A stretch of DNA of 64,000 nt from Podarcis bocagei (Eukaryota): NCBI GenBank assembly GCA_964188305.1, contig OZ076897.1; one strand, 5' to 3'. Below the pieces are notes generated by a model that saw only the letters and a program-made list of their open reading frames with translations, was not told the origin of the DNA and searched no databases. The translations under genes and the position numbers were made by a program. This document shows, piece after piece, positions 11,097 to 23,167 of the stretch (positions are counted from its first letter, which is position 1; each line of letters opens with the position of its first letter).

Positions 11097-14000
11097 CAGC
11101 ACTAGTGTGTTGGCAGAGAGGGATGCCTCATTCACTTGGAAACCAGAGTGTTTTTGTACATTAGTTTCTCATGTACTAAATGTACTAAAAATTAATACAT
11201 TTTTGTACATTTTGTACATTAGCTTCTGGTGTGACTGTTCCAGTATTGGGTGGTCCGTGCGAACTGGAGTTGGGAGCCATATCCGAAAATCCTTGAAAAC
11301 CATCTGACAAAACCACTCAAAACAAACCACAAAAAAATATGTGAAAGCAGATGAAGAGCTGGTCCAGAAGCCAAGAGGACCAGAGGCCACAGTTCGGCTA
11401 CATTTGCTTGTTGTGGGGTTTACTGCCTTGTGTGCTTGTACTGCAACATCGAATAAAACTGAGTTACTCATTTTCAGTGTTTATATATTACCATTAAGAT
11501 TTGAGAATGGGGTTTTCAGGGTGAAGTAAAATTTCTATTCAGCTTCAAACATGACATTTCATTCTGTCTTTTAGAAAATGCACAAACTTCTCAAGTTCTC
11601 AGAAGTTTGGTTTTTATGTCAGCTTGCCTCCAACTGTATGTAATTCCTTCCTCATTTTAAAACTTCTAAAGGTTTTCCCCATTTCTGCATTGGGTATGTC
11701 TTCCTAGCTCTTACACCATTTCTCCATTTCCTCTCCACCCCAATCACCCTGTGGGTAATTGGCCCATTAAAGATTTGCAACCCTAGTTTTCCTTTTCAGG
11801 GGCCTCAGAATCTTTGGAAATGAAACTTTGGGAAACAATGCTTCCTGACAGTTTATAGGTGCTTTCTAGTAAAACACCATCTCATTTAATACACTACATT
11901 TTTAAACCTCCCAATGAATATCTATCTGACCAAATGTAAACATCTCTATCTACTTAAATGCATACAGTATTGGCAGCAAAATAGTGACCGTCCTGGGTGG
12001 CAAAAGCCCTATCTAGCAGCATCCTGTTTTCACAGCATCCTGTCAGATGCCTGTCAGAAGCTTGCAAGCAAGACCTGTGTGTGACAGCACTCTCCTTGCC
12101 TGTTCCTAAATGAGAAAATACAGTTTCCCTGATCATCAAAAACTGGTTTGGGTCTTGCAAGGTGTTTGGATAATATTTCTGTAGCAAGCTGATGTAAATT
12201 GTATACTTACACATTAATCAACACAAACTGAACACTGTTGAAATATATAGAGACCAACTTAAGTTTGTTCTTGGTATAAGCTTTTGTGTGCATGCACACT
12301 TCTTCATGAACACTGTTGTAATTACTAGCACATAGCCAAAAATCACTCATTGAGTGCTTTTTTGAATATGAGTTCTGAAATATTCTGCTCTTTGGGATCA
12401 AGATTGGGATCAACCCTGGCTGCCTGAAATTTAACTAGTTTTCACTCAACTCCACGGAACAAACCAATTTGCATCCCAGGTCTTGAGCACCTTGCATGGC
12501 TGTCTTTTTGTATTTGAAGAGGCTAGTCATGAACTAATTCCATTCAGTTTCCCTTTTCAGATTAGGCTGTCACTGGTTAAAGCACTTCATGTATCTAATT
12601 TGCTTTCATTCTAGTGCATTTCAACTTTTTCTGTACATCCTGTATCTCAAACTGACAGGGGAAAATGTATTTTTAAAAGAAGACATGCAGCATGAAAGCT
12701 CTCTGTGCAAAAGAAACTTGGTTGAAGCTGCAATCCTGTGTATGCTTACCTGTGAGTAAGGCCTGTTGAACACAGTGGGAGTTCCTTTTGAGTAAACATG
12801 CTTAGAATTGCCCAGTTAATCCTTTTGGCCTCTTTTGCCTCAGGCTGTGCCTGATCTGCACAAACAGGAGGTAAGTTGCAATAGTAAACAGTTGTAAAAC
12901 ATTTCCTTGATTATACAACTAGAAACAGCAGGTGATTACATGACTGAATGCTTCTCCATATTAAAAGTTAGTGTGTGTGTGTGTGTGTGCCACACAAACA
13001 CACTGCACATGGAAGAACAGATGTCACAGCGAAGGGTTCTCAGAATTCTTGATTTTTTTATGGAGCAGCATCCAGTCATGTAACCCAAACTCTTCTTCCT
13101 GCAAAGAGATATGCTGTCACCAAACAAATTTACCCTTCACCTCATGGTTGTGAGAACTAAGCCTACTCATTAGAGGGGGGAAACAAATTTCCAGTCACAA
13201 AAGTCCTTAATTCATCACATCAGCAAGAAATGTTGATGTATAATATATTATTTCTAAGCATACATGTACATAGAAAAGGCATTGTTTTCAGCATAAAAAT
13301 ACATAGAAGAGTTAAACCCAATGGCATTTTCAGAAATAATGCTGATTGTTCCAGTAGACCTTACTCTACAGTTCTAGATTTACCTTTGAGCTTGTGAAAA
13401 TCACCTTTCATTGAGCTACCATTTAGTTGCTACTGGGAATTGTAGCATGTCAGTAGATGCCTCCTGTCTCCATTTTATCATTCCAAGCATGGATTCAGCT
13501 TCATTAAGATATGAAATAAACCTGTTGTCAGTTGGACCTTTCATTCCACAAACAAGGTAACTTACAGTTTTTCCATTGATGGCAGTCTTTCCCCATTGAA
13601 CTCAGTGGAGCTTTGTAAGTGCAAAGGCAGATACAGTGGTTTGAGGTTGCTGTCCTGTACACACCTTTCTGGGAGTAAATTTCATTAAACTCAATAGGAA
13701 TTACTTCTGAATCAATGTGCATAGGATTCCATTGTTACATCTCTATACAGGCTGCTGCTTTAGAAGAAAATTCTTTGCTTTTCTATAATGCTAGTACAGT
13801 AAACCTGTAACTTTTGCTTACATGATCACAGCTTTGAGTGTGTGCATGTGGAGGGCAATAAATAAATAAAGGGGGAGCTGGGGAACCCACTGTTCCCTGC
13901 TCTCTGTTTATTTATTACACCCTTGCACCCACCTGGTTTTCCTTGCTTAACTGGGCTTTGGGAAGGTGACACAAGGGCTCCTCTAGCAGCATCCCAGAGC

Positions 14001-14210
14001 CCTCATGCCTCTTTCCAAGACCCTGGTAAGCAGCCCTCCACCTTGGGGGGCATTTCTGGGGGTTCCTGACTTTGCACAATTTTGCATTTGCACATGGACC
14101 CCCAGAACCATACTCTCACAAAAACTACATTCCCACTGTAGTCTAAATCCAGTAAAGTTGCTCCTGGAAGGAGCCTGTCTGACTGTAGAATTTATCCTCA
14201 TGTTAGTCCG

Positions 14211-15098
14211 TGAACCCCAAAATCTGGGATCCCCTCCAAAACAGTGCCAAAATCTGGCAACAGTTTTGCAGCATTTTGCAGCAAAAATCCTGTGTTTTGA
14301 AGCACCCAATCAACTAAGCAATTGCTACTCAAAGCTAGGGTCATAGCTATCACCCCAAAACCCAGTGTTGACCAATTCACTGCAAAACAGTGCCAAAGTG
14401 TGGCAACAGTTTTGTAGCGTTTTGCAATAAAACCCCACATTTTGCAGCACCCCACCAACTGAGCAGATGCTCCGTAACTTCAGAAGCATAATGTGTGATG
14501 AGTGAATGGAAAGAGAACAGTCTGGGGAATGTGTCTGCAGATGCCACATTTTAACAACTTTAATATTAAAACACCATTTATGAACTGTAATGTGTAGTAA
14601 ACTTGAGTCTTTGGAAAGTTAGCAATTTAATAGTTGTGTGGTTTCCTTTCAGGAGTTATTCATATTTTAAAGGCAGCAGAATTTAAATATTGTCATCTTT
14701 ACAGAGATAAGAGGAATTCGATATATTCCCTGAAGGTCTCCAGGATATGTCTTGGTGGCAGTGTGGAACCAGGGATCCAGAAAGCTCTTCATGGAAGGTC
14801 ACCTGTAGGATTTGAATTATGTCAAGAAAAATGGGGATGGTGTATTGCCAATAATGTGAGTTGCAATTGCTCAGTTGGTGGGTTGCTTCAAGACATAGAA
14901 TTTTTGCTGGAAAACACTGGAAAACAGTTGACACACTTTGGCACTGTTGTTGAGTGAATCAGACAATGTGAATTGGGGTGATAGCAGTTGCTCAGTTGGT
15001 GGGGTGCTGCAAAACACGAAGTTTTTGCTGCAAAATACTACAAAACAACTGCAAAACTTTGGCACAGGCTTGGAGGAGATTCCAAATTATGGGGTTCA
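14211..15098. mobile_element. Foldback-like element with long modular inverted arms
   Basis: 14211-14465 and 14868-15098 are diverged reverse complements. Each arm holds two tandem subunits (ACAGTGCCAAA...TTTTGCAGCA...CACCCCACCAACTGAGCA). Confidence 0.65.
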
Positions 15099-15488
15099 TA
15101 GTTAATTTGCCTCCTTGGCTCCACTAATGTTAACCGATATTACTAGTTTCATTACTGTAACAGTTAATAGCTACAATATGCAGTGCAGATATGATTCATT
15201 TTGAAATAAGAATATAGTGAGGAGGCTGCAAAGGAAAAGATACCCGCAACAACAGCAACAGCAGAAGCATCTTCCAAAAGCAATCCCCAAATTAGGGTGT
15301 GAACATAAGACCATGTTCCTGTTCACTTTTACCTCTCATTTCATTGTGGTGTTTATAGGCAGCCCTAGAAAAATCGAAAACACTTAAAAAAAAAACACAA
15401 GCCCATGAGCTGATGAGGTTCTAAAGTTATTTGTGGTCTGGTTTTTTACTCAAGAAATATTTGCAGTATTTATCTGGTGGATTGTTAG

Positions 15489-15601
15489 TAGGGTTGCCAT
15501 ATTTTAAAAAGTGAAAATCCAAACACAATCCGGATTTTCCTGGCCATTTAAGCTATTTTCCGCCTGGACGTCTGAATCCCCGCCATGTCATGGCAACCCT
15601 A
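15489..15601. mobile_element. Short MITE with TAGGGTTGCCA TIRs
   Basis: TAGGGTTGCCAT ... ATGGCAACCCTA perfect 12-bp TIR; no clear TSD. Confidence 0.65.
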
Positions 15602-18600
15602 CGTTCGACAACCGAGCTTCCACTGTATATGGGTTTGTTCTTTATTTTATTTTAATGTACCTGTCTATTGGAAATATTTAAGTTGTGCACATTATTTTCA
15701 TGTCTGGACATCTGTTTGCTTGTGAGTCAGAGTTTGACCTTCCTTCCCAGGAGATATGCCTTCATGCTTTAAGATGCAAAGGTTTGTTTGTTTGTTTCTG
15801 TAAAATGTATACGCCACTTGATTGTAGTTAAAAAACCACAAAGTGTTTAGATGTATATTTAATATTTTACGTATTTCATAGAAGCATAGACTTGTAGAGA
15901 TAAAAGGTCTCCAAGGGTTCTCTAGTCCAACTCCCTGCAATGCAGGAATCCCAAACATGGTAGGTGGCCATCCAACATCTGCCTAAAAGCCTGCAAGGAA
16001 GGAGAGACCACCACCTCTCGTGGGAGTCTGTTCTCCTTAACATTTTCTTACATTTTGATTTTTATCATGACCAATCCTCATCAGTGAGTTTTTATGGATG
16101 GTGGGGCAGGTTATACCAGTCCAAGGCGACACAAGTCTGTATATGGATCTTTGCACACGGAGGTGCTGCAGATGTGCAAAAAGCAATACAGAAAAAATGG
16201 AGTCAGTGAGGAAATTAACGTAATGAAAACTGACAAAAAGGGCTGGTGCAAGTACACCCAGAGTGTGTTTTCTTGTTGAAATGAACCAGGACACCTCAGG
16301 GCAGTATTGCTCTCGCACAGCTCCCATTCACTGCATTTTGGCATACGCAGGATAATTTTTTTAGTGAATCCTTTGTTGCTGATTGCTGATGCCTTACCGT
16401 GCTGTCTCCAGCTATGGCTGCAGCTGCAAACAAAAAACGACAACCTCGTAGATAATTGTTGTTAAAATTGGAGTAGTATGGTAACATAAGCTAGGATGTG
16501 TCGTATTAGATCTATTATTTTGAAGAATTCTACTGCTTCAGTCTTTGATTTTAAAAAACGAAAATTAAAGGGACTTGTTATTCAAACCAGGAAATTGTGG
16601 GTGAGTCTTTTAAAAAGAAAAGAGGGGGGGAAATTGCAAGAGGAGCAGGGATTAGCAAAAAGTGAAGATTAAAGGCACAGTTAAAATGAGCAAATAGCTC
16701 AGAATTCAAAGGAGACAAAGTGGGTGGTAAATGAGGGAAATGTGTAGGAGTGTCAGAGTCAAGGGAAGGAAGACGGACCACTTCATTAAATCCAGAGCAT
16801 CCTACTTGGCTCAGATCACCAGATGGCCACCGAATGCAAGGGCACCCAGACCACAACTGCTGTTAGGGAAATGTGCAAACAAGGGCTAAGTCTCCCCTGC
16901 CTGTGCAGAATTGTAGAAATTTAGGATTAAAGGGACCAGGTATGGGTCATCCAGATGTGCTCCAGTTGCAAGAGATGATGACAATACGTGATGTATGCAT
17001 TTAACTTTTTATTTCTTTATATATTTCTTTATATAAATAAATCTAGATAACAGGACTCAAGGTGGCTTTTATTTATTTACAATGTTTGTATTATGCCCTT
17101 CTTTACCGACTGCATGGGGATTCTTGTGAGGGAATTGCTGACTTTTCCCTGGTTTAGGTTATTTTGGGCGCAGACCTTTCGGGGCCGTCTGCTGCTCATG
17201 CCCACTGGCTTACAAAAAAGAATGCAAATAATAAATGTAAATAAAACAGAATCACATTAATTGTGTCTCAGCTGGATCCAGAGTGCTGTTCTTTCATGGC
17301 TTTTTGTTTCTTTGGGCTATTGGAGAAAATGATCAGTACAGAAGCACAGCCTTTTGCGTTGTGGATGCTTCCCAAGGCAGGCTGGTAAAACACACAATTC
17401 CTTTGTTAAACACAGCTAAGTCTAACTTCCAGGCATCACAGACAAGGAATTCTTAGTAAGACATCATAAACTCTCCAGAAGGGCATGTCACAGGTCTTGC
17501 CTGCTTGCTGTGGTGTTTGTTGCAGGTTTATGTATGATATTTACAGAGTTTAGGGATTTCACTGAAGTATAGAATTGATAGTCCTGATTATATGCTTAGG
17601 TTGGTAGCAGTTAGAGCTTTCCTATTAGTTCTTTTGGGTACTACTTCATCACTTTGAAATAAATTTGTATTTACTTCTATATGAGCTGAGTTTGTGATCA
17701 TTGGGTATAATGGGGAAATGAATTAATTTATAATTATAAATTCAAATTTCATATCTTTTAAATCAATTAATTGTGTTGATTGGTGAGTACATTGGGGAAT
17801 TCAGTGGATTTATATTTATGAATAAATATAGTTCTGCTTAATTCCTTTTGGAATTAATTCATTGGGTTATTGATTGGGAGGTACATTGGGAAACTAAATG
17901 ATTTGTGCTGCTTTCTTTGATTCTGGCACATTTGCGAATTTGTTTAAAAGTGTTACCAAGTTCATAATAGTGTTTTGTCATAGTGGCTTCTCAATTAATG
18001 GAACCTAAAATTGCAACAATTATCAGGGGGGGGGTGTCCATGATATTTCCTGTGGTCATAAGGGGGTCCTCATACTCATAAGGGTTGGCAACCACTTCTT
18101 GTGAGAGTGAAACAGATGCTTCCCCCCAAATATGCTATGATACAAATGATAAATAAATAACAAATATTTATAATGGTTTGATTAAAGAACCAATGGTTGT
18201 CATAAGCCAAGCCACATCCGTTCCACATATGATGTCAAAACAAGTACAATTTGCTGAAGGGGCAGTGTGATATCTTCTCCAAAGGACAACATGAAATTGT
18301 CAGGTAGTTCTTAATTCTTGAAACTTTGTTCACTTTTAAGTAATTAGAAGGATAGAAAGACTAATGCAGCCTCACTGTCAAATTTTGGGATGAAAGTTGG
18401 CAGTGAGGAAGAAAAACATGACTCAGAAACTGAATGGATAGGCTTCGCTGTAAATAAATATCTGCGTCATCCCACCATTTAATTTTTGTAGGGATGTTTT
18501 AGCATATAAAATAATGTGCCATTTCAGGTTAATTTCTGCCCTGCAGAACTCCATGAAACACTCTAATGTTGACTAATAACAGCAATTTGTCATGTGAACC

Positions 18601-19054
18601 TATCAAAATAATTGGCTGTGCTTCATCGGCAACGGCTGATCAGTCTGCGTAGCAATACCTTCTGTCACCAAGATGATATACAGTAAGTGCACAGATGTTA
18701 TTTACGGTATCTCACTAATTCTTCTTGTATTATGGGCTGTATTTCTTCTTGTGCACAATCAGCTTGCCATTTTTAAAATGAGCCCTGCACAAGATCTTCA
18801 AATCATTTCCAAATTTATGGGAATAAGTGGGTACTTGAATGATGCTTTAGATGCTTTAAATCATGTTTCCTTTTGAAGTGTGTGGGAATTAGCAAAGTTT
18901 TTAATAATGTTGGATTGAGTGATAGGGACAAAAGACCCTTCTGAAATGTAGGTAGTTCCTATTCTAATTATAAAAGCTTCTTAACAGAATGCACAGAAAC
19001 ACACAGTTGCAGCAATGTCTGACAAATTATTGAACCGGAAGGCTGGAGCCAACT

Positions 19055-19656
19055 TAGAATCATAGAATCATAGAATCATAGAATTGGAAGAGACCACAAG
19101 GGCCATCGAGTCCAACCCCCTGCAAAGCAGGAAACACCATCAGAGCACTCCTGACATATGGTTGTCAAGCCTCTGCTTAAAGACCTCCAAAGGAGGAGAC
19201 TCCACCACACTCCTTGGCAGCAAATTCCACTGTCGAACAGCTCTTACTGTCAGGAAGTTCTTCCTAATGTTTAGGTGGAATCTTCTTTCTTGTAGTTTGG
19301 ATCCATTGCTCCGTGTCCGCTTCTCTGGAGCAGCAGAAAACAACCTTTCTCCCTCCTCTATGTGACATCCTTTTATATATTTGAACATGGCTATCATATC
19401 ACCCCTTAACCTCCTCTTCTCCAGGCTAAACATGCCCAGCTCCCTTAGCCGTTCCTCATAAGGCATCGTTTCCAGGCCTTTGACCATTTTGGTTGCCCTC
19501 CTCTGGACACGTTCCAGTTTGTCAGTGTCCTTCTTGAATTGTGGTGCCCAGAACTGGACACAGTACTCCAGGTGTGGTCTGACCAGAGCAGAATACAGTG
19601 GCACTATTACTTCCCTTGATCTAGATGCTATACTCCTATTGATGCAGCCCAGAATT
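19055..19656 (-). mobile_element. Young CR1 LINE, 5'-truncated 3' end (ORF2 C-terminus)
   Basis: [23 protein letters not shown]...[11 protein letters not shown] and an (ATTCTATG)n tail; near-identical to the copies at 38606 and 52696. Confidence 0.95.
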
Positions 19657-20127
19657 TGTATGCTTTATTCATACAGAATTAACATCCTTTGTACAGTGTA
19701 GATGAGAGTTTTGCAAGCTACCCTGCATTTAAAAAAATCCCAGCAATTAAAATACAAACAACACAGCAGGGTGGGGGTTTCCATCCAGGAAAGGGGACAA
19801 AGAGAAATGGCCAGATGATGTCCCTTACTTCCCCCTAACAATTGTTATGCCTTGTGTCCTGGAACTCAACCAAGGGAAACTAGAAAACATCCATAGAAGT
19901 ATAAATGACAGGACAATCTGGTTTGGCTATGGTTTGAACTGTTTCAAAAATAGCCCCACACTAAAAGGGGGAATTATGAATCTGACCACCTTGTGCACCC
20001 TTTGCAAGAAGCGAGAGAAGGACAAATAACAGGAGTTTTATCAGTGAATGTCATTTTTTCCATTTTTCTTCTTTTAAAGCAGGAATGAAAAATGTCCATA
20101 TTTTGCAGTCCATTTTACTATCTAGAC

Positions 20128-20352
20128 CAGGGGTCAGCAAACCTTTTCAGTAGGGGGCTGGTCCACTGTCCCTCAGGCCTTGTGGGGGAGGCAGACTATA
20201 TGGGGGGGGAATGAATTCCTTTGCCCCACAAATAACCCAGAGGTGCATTTTAAATGAAAGGACATATTCTACTCATGTAAAAACATGCTGAATCCTGGAC
20301 TGTCTGCGGGCCAGATTGAGAAGGCGATTGGGCCGGATTTGGCCCCGACCCA
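20128..20352. mobile_element. hAT-type MITE (degraded)
   Basis: Begins CAGGGGTCAGCAAACC and has GCGGGCCAGATT/GGGCCGGATTTGGCCC subterminal motifs typical of hAT MITEs. Confidence 0.55.
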
Positions 20353-20467
20353 TGCTCCTGACAGTGATCTGGGTAATGGGAGGTGTACTTTTTAATACAA
20401 CCAATGAACTTCTTATAGTTTCTATAATAAAGTTGATACTGTCTAGGATAAAGGTGACTCCGTTATT

Positions 20468-21715
20468 AGAGTGTCTCCACCCTCATTGTTCTACCCGGAC
20501 ACTGAGGTCCAGCTCCAAGGGCCTTCTGGCGGTTCCCTCACTGCGAGAAGCAAAGTTACAGGGAACCAGGCAGAGGGCCTTCTCGGTAGTGGCACCCGCC
20601 CTGTGGAACGCCCTCCCAGCAGATGTCAATAAACAACTACAGTGGTACCTCGCAAGACGAATAACCCGCAAGACGAAAGGGTTTTCTGTTTTGGAGGCGC
20701 TTCGCAAGACGAATTTCCCTATGGGCTTGCTTCGCAAGAAGAAAGCCCATAGGGAAATCTCCGGGGACCTCTTTTAAATGCTGGTGGTGGGGAGCAAAGC
20801 CTTCCCCCCCCCCCTCCGGCCTTCAGAAGAGGTCCAGGAAGGTCGGCGGGGGCCGAAAAGGCTTTGCTCCCCACCGCCAGCATTTTAAAAGCAGTCCGGG
20901 ATAGCAGGGAAGCGCTTCCTGCTATCCCGGACGGCTTTTGAAGGCAGGCGGGGGGGAGCAAAGACCTTCACCCCCCGCCCGCCTTCAGAAGAGGTCCTGA
21001 AGGCGGGCGGGGGGCGAAAGTCTTTGCTCCCCCCTGCCTGCCTTCCCGGGAGAGCGGAGAAAGGCAGCTGGTTTCTCCGCTGTCCCGGACGGCTTTTGAA
21101 GGCAGGCGGGGGGGGGCAAAGACTTTCGCCCCCCGCCCGCCTTCAGAAGAGGTCCAGGACCTCTTCTGAAGGCGGGCGGGGGGCAAAAGTCTTTGTCCCC
21201 CCTGCCTGCCTTCCCAGGGGCTTTTACATCGCCCCGGACAGCGGAGAAGTCCTCCGCTGTCCCGGGCGATTTTAAAATGCCGCCCGCCAGCATTTTAAGA
21301 TCGCCCCGGACAGCGGAGAAGTCCTCCACTGTCCCGGGGTTTTTTAAAATGCTGGGGGTGGGAAGAAAAGCCCTTGTCCCCCCCCCCCAGCCTTCAGAAG
21401 AGGTCGGGGGACAGACTGTCCCCGGACCTGGTCTGAAGGTGGTTTCCCTAGGAACGCATTAATTGATTTTCAATGCATTCCTATGGGAAACCGTGCATCG
21501 CAAGACGAAAAACTCGCAAGAAGAAAAAACTTGCGGAACGAATTAATTTCGTCTTGCGAGGCACCACTGTATCTGGCTCTTAGAAGACATCTGACGACAG
21601 CCCTGTTTAGGGAAGTTTTTAATATTTAATGCTGTATTGTGTTTTTAATATTCAGTTGGAAGCCACCCAGAGCGGCTGGAGAAACCGAGCCAGATGGGTG
21701 GGGTATAAATAATAG
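20468..21715 (+). mobile_element. L2 LINE 3' end, split by a MITE at 20640-21569
   Basis: Peptide RTLRSSSKGLLAVPS...RQRAFSVVAPALWNALP (L2 ORF2 C-terminus) resumes after the MITE. The 3' UTR ends GGGTGGGGTATAAATAAT. Confidence 0.85.
20640..21569. mobile_element. Tc1/pogo (Tigger-like) non-autonomous element with GC-rich palindromic interior
   Basis: TA TSDs (20638-39, 21570-71) and TIRs CAGTGGTACCTCGCAAGACGAA / TTCGTCTTGCGAGGCACCACTG. Confidence 0.9.
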
Positions 21716-21894
21716 ATGATGATGAAGATCATGATGTCAGGTATGCCAAGGCCTTCTGAGAGAGATGTGACATTAAAACATGGAATAGTTCAATTTCCTA
21801 CTGCTTTTGAGAACTTTTTTATAAGGAAACTATAGGAAAACCTTTTACCAAAATGGGGGAACATTTGATTAAAATTTGGTGGGTTTACTGGGTG

Positions 21895-22050
21895 CTCTCT
21901 GTGGCGCAATGGGCCAGTCCATCTGGCTGTTAACCAGAGGTTTGGTGGTTCAAGCCCTCCAAGGGATGGCTGTCGGCAGGATTCCTGCATTGTAGGGGAG
22001 TTGGACTAGATGACCTTTGGGTTCCCTTCCAACTCTGATTCTGTGATTCT
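21895..22050 (+). mobile_element. SINE with tRNA-Asn-derived head and CR1-derived 3' tail
   Basis: 21895-21968 aligns with vertebrate tRNA-Asn(GTT) (GTCTCTGTGGCGCAATCGG...GGCTGTTAACC...GGTGGTTCGAGCCCACCCAGGGACG). It is followed by the CR1 terminus GTTGGACTAGATGACC...CCCTTCCAACTCTGATTCTGTGATTCT. Confidence 0.75.
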
Positions 22051-22702
22051 GCTAGAGGCTAGCTATGACCCATGGACTCCCTCTTTAAAGCAGAGTTGGT
22101 TCGATTAGGAGAAGTGCACAGATCTTTTGGGGAACATAAATCATGTACAATTCTTTTTTTATGTCATTTTCATTCTCATCTACCAACCAAATCTTGTATG
22201 TGGTTTGAAAGAAATGCTCAGTTTCTATTATTATTATTATCATCATTATTGCTCCTCGGGAGGTCCATTAAAATAGGATATATCATTTTCCATTTGATTA
22301 GATTGCATTTAGCTAGCAATTTCGATAGCTAGCTGTCACTTTCAAAATACTGTCAAATTCTTATCTTCTTTTATTGTTGCACTTCTGTTATTACAACAAT
22401 AAGATTAGGGAAGATCAAAATATAGAAGCAGAATGTAATTGGTATCAAGCAGAATATTCTGTAATGTCATAGAATGGTGATTGATGGGTATGCAAACATA
22501 AAATGTTAATACCTTCAATTTATTGGGACGTTTGCTAGAAATTGTAACAGGCAAAAACTAAGCCTTTCTAAGCCCTTTGGTGGAACTCAGCTTTGGCCAC
22601 GTTATGCCCATTTTTGGTTTATGGCTGCCCTGAGATGCTTCCATTAAAAAGTGAAGAGTTTGTTTTCTCTTAAAGTTGCTAGAAGCCCTTATCAATGTAA
22701 AA

Positions 22703-23056
22703 AAAGGTAAAGAACCCCTGGACAGTTAAGTCCACTCAAAGGCAACTATGGGGTTGCAGCAATCATCTTGCTTTTCAGGCTGAGGGAGCCAGTGTTTGTC
22801 CACAGACAGCTTTCTGGGTCATATGGCCAGCAGGACTAAACCACTTCTGGCGCAACAGTGACAAGTGCCAGAGCACACGGAAACGCCGTTTACCTTTCCG
22901 GCAGAGCAGTACCTATTTATCTACTTGCACTGGCGTGCTTTCGAACTGCTAGGTTGGCAGGAGCTAGGACTGAGCAACGGGAGCTCACCCGAATTGCGTG
23001 GATTTGAACCGCCAACCTTCAGATCGGCAAGCCCAGGAGGCTGAGTGGTTTAGACA
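22703..23056 (-). mobile_element. Sauria-type SINE (older copy)
   Basis: AAAGGTAAAG tail at the left end, and the same body as 46934-47303 in reverse. Confidence 0.85.
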
Positions 23057-23167
23057 ACTTTCTCAACACTAGTAATGTACAGTGGAGCTTGCTTTGTTTT
23101 TCTTTGTTAGAAAATAACTTGAAGCATCCCAGTTCTTTAGAAAAATCAATGGTGGCACCTTGTTTTA

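Noticed and set aside
19084-19365. Repeated plus-strand ORFs ([10 protein letters not shown]..., [10 protein letters not shown]...) at three loci as a gene family
   Set aside because: These are antisense shadows of near-identical CR1 copies.
20760-21440. Regularly recurring GC-rich motifs as a CRISPR-like array or CpG-island promoter
   Set aside because: Eukaryotic context, no unique spacers, and the array is enclosed by MITE TIRs with TA duplications.
21895-21968. Functional tRNA-Asn gene
   Set aside because: D-arm and stem substitutions, no oligo-T terminator, and direct fusion to a CR1 tail.
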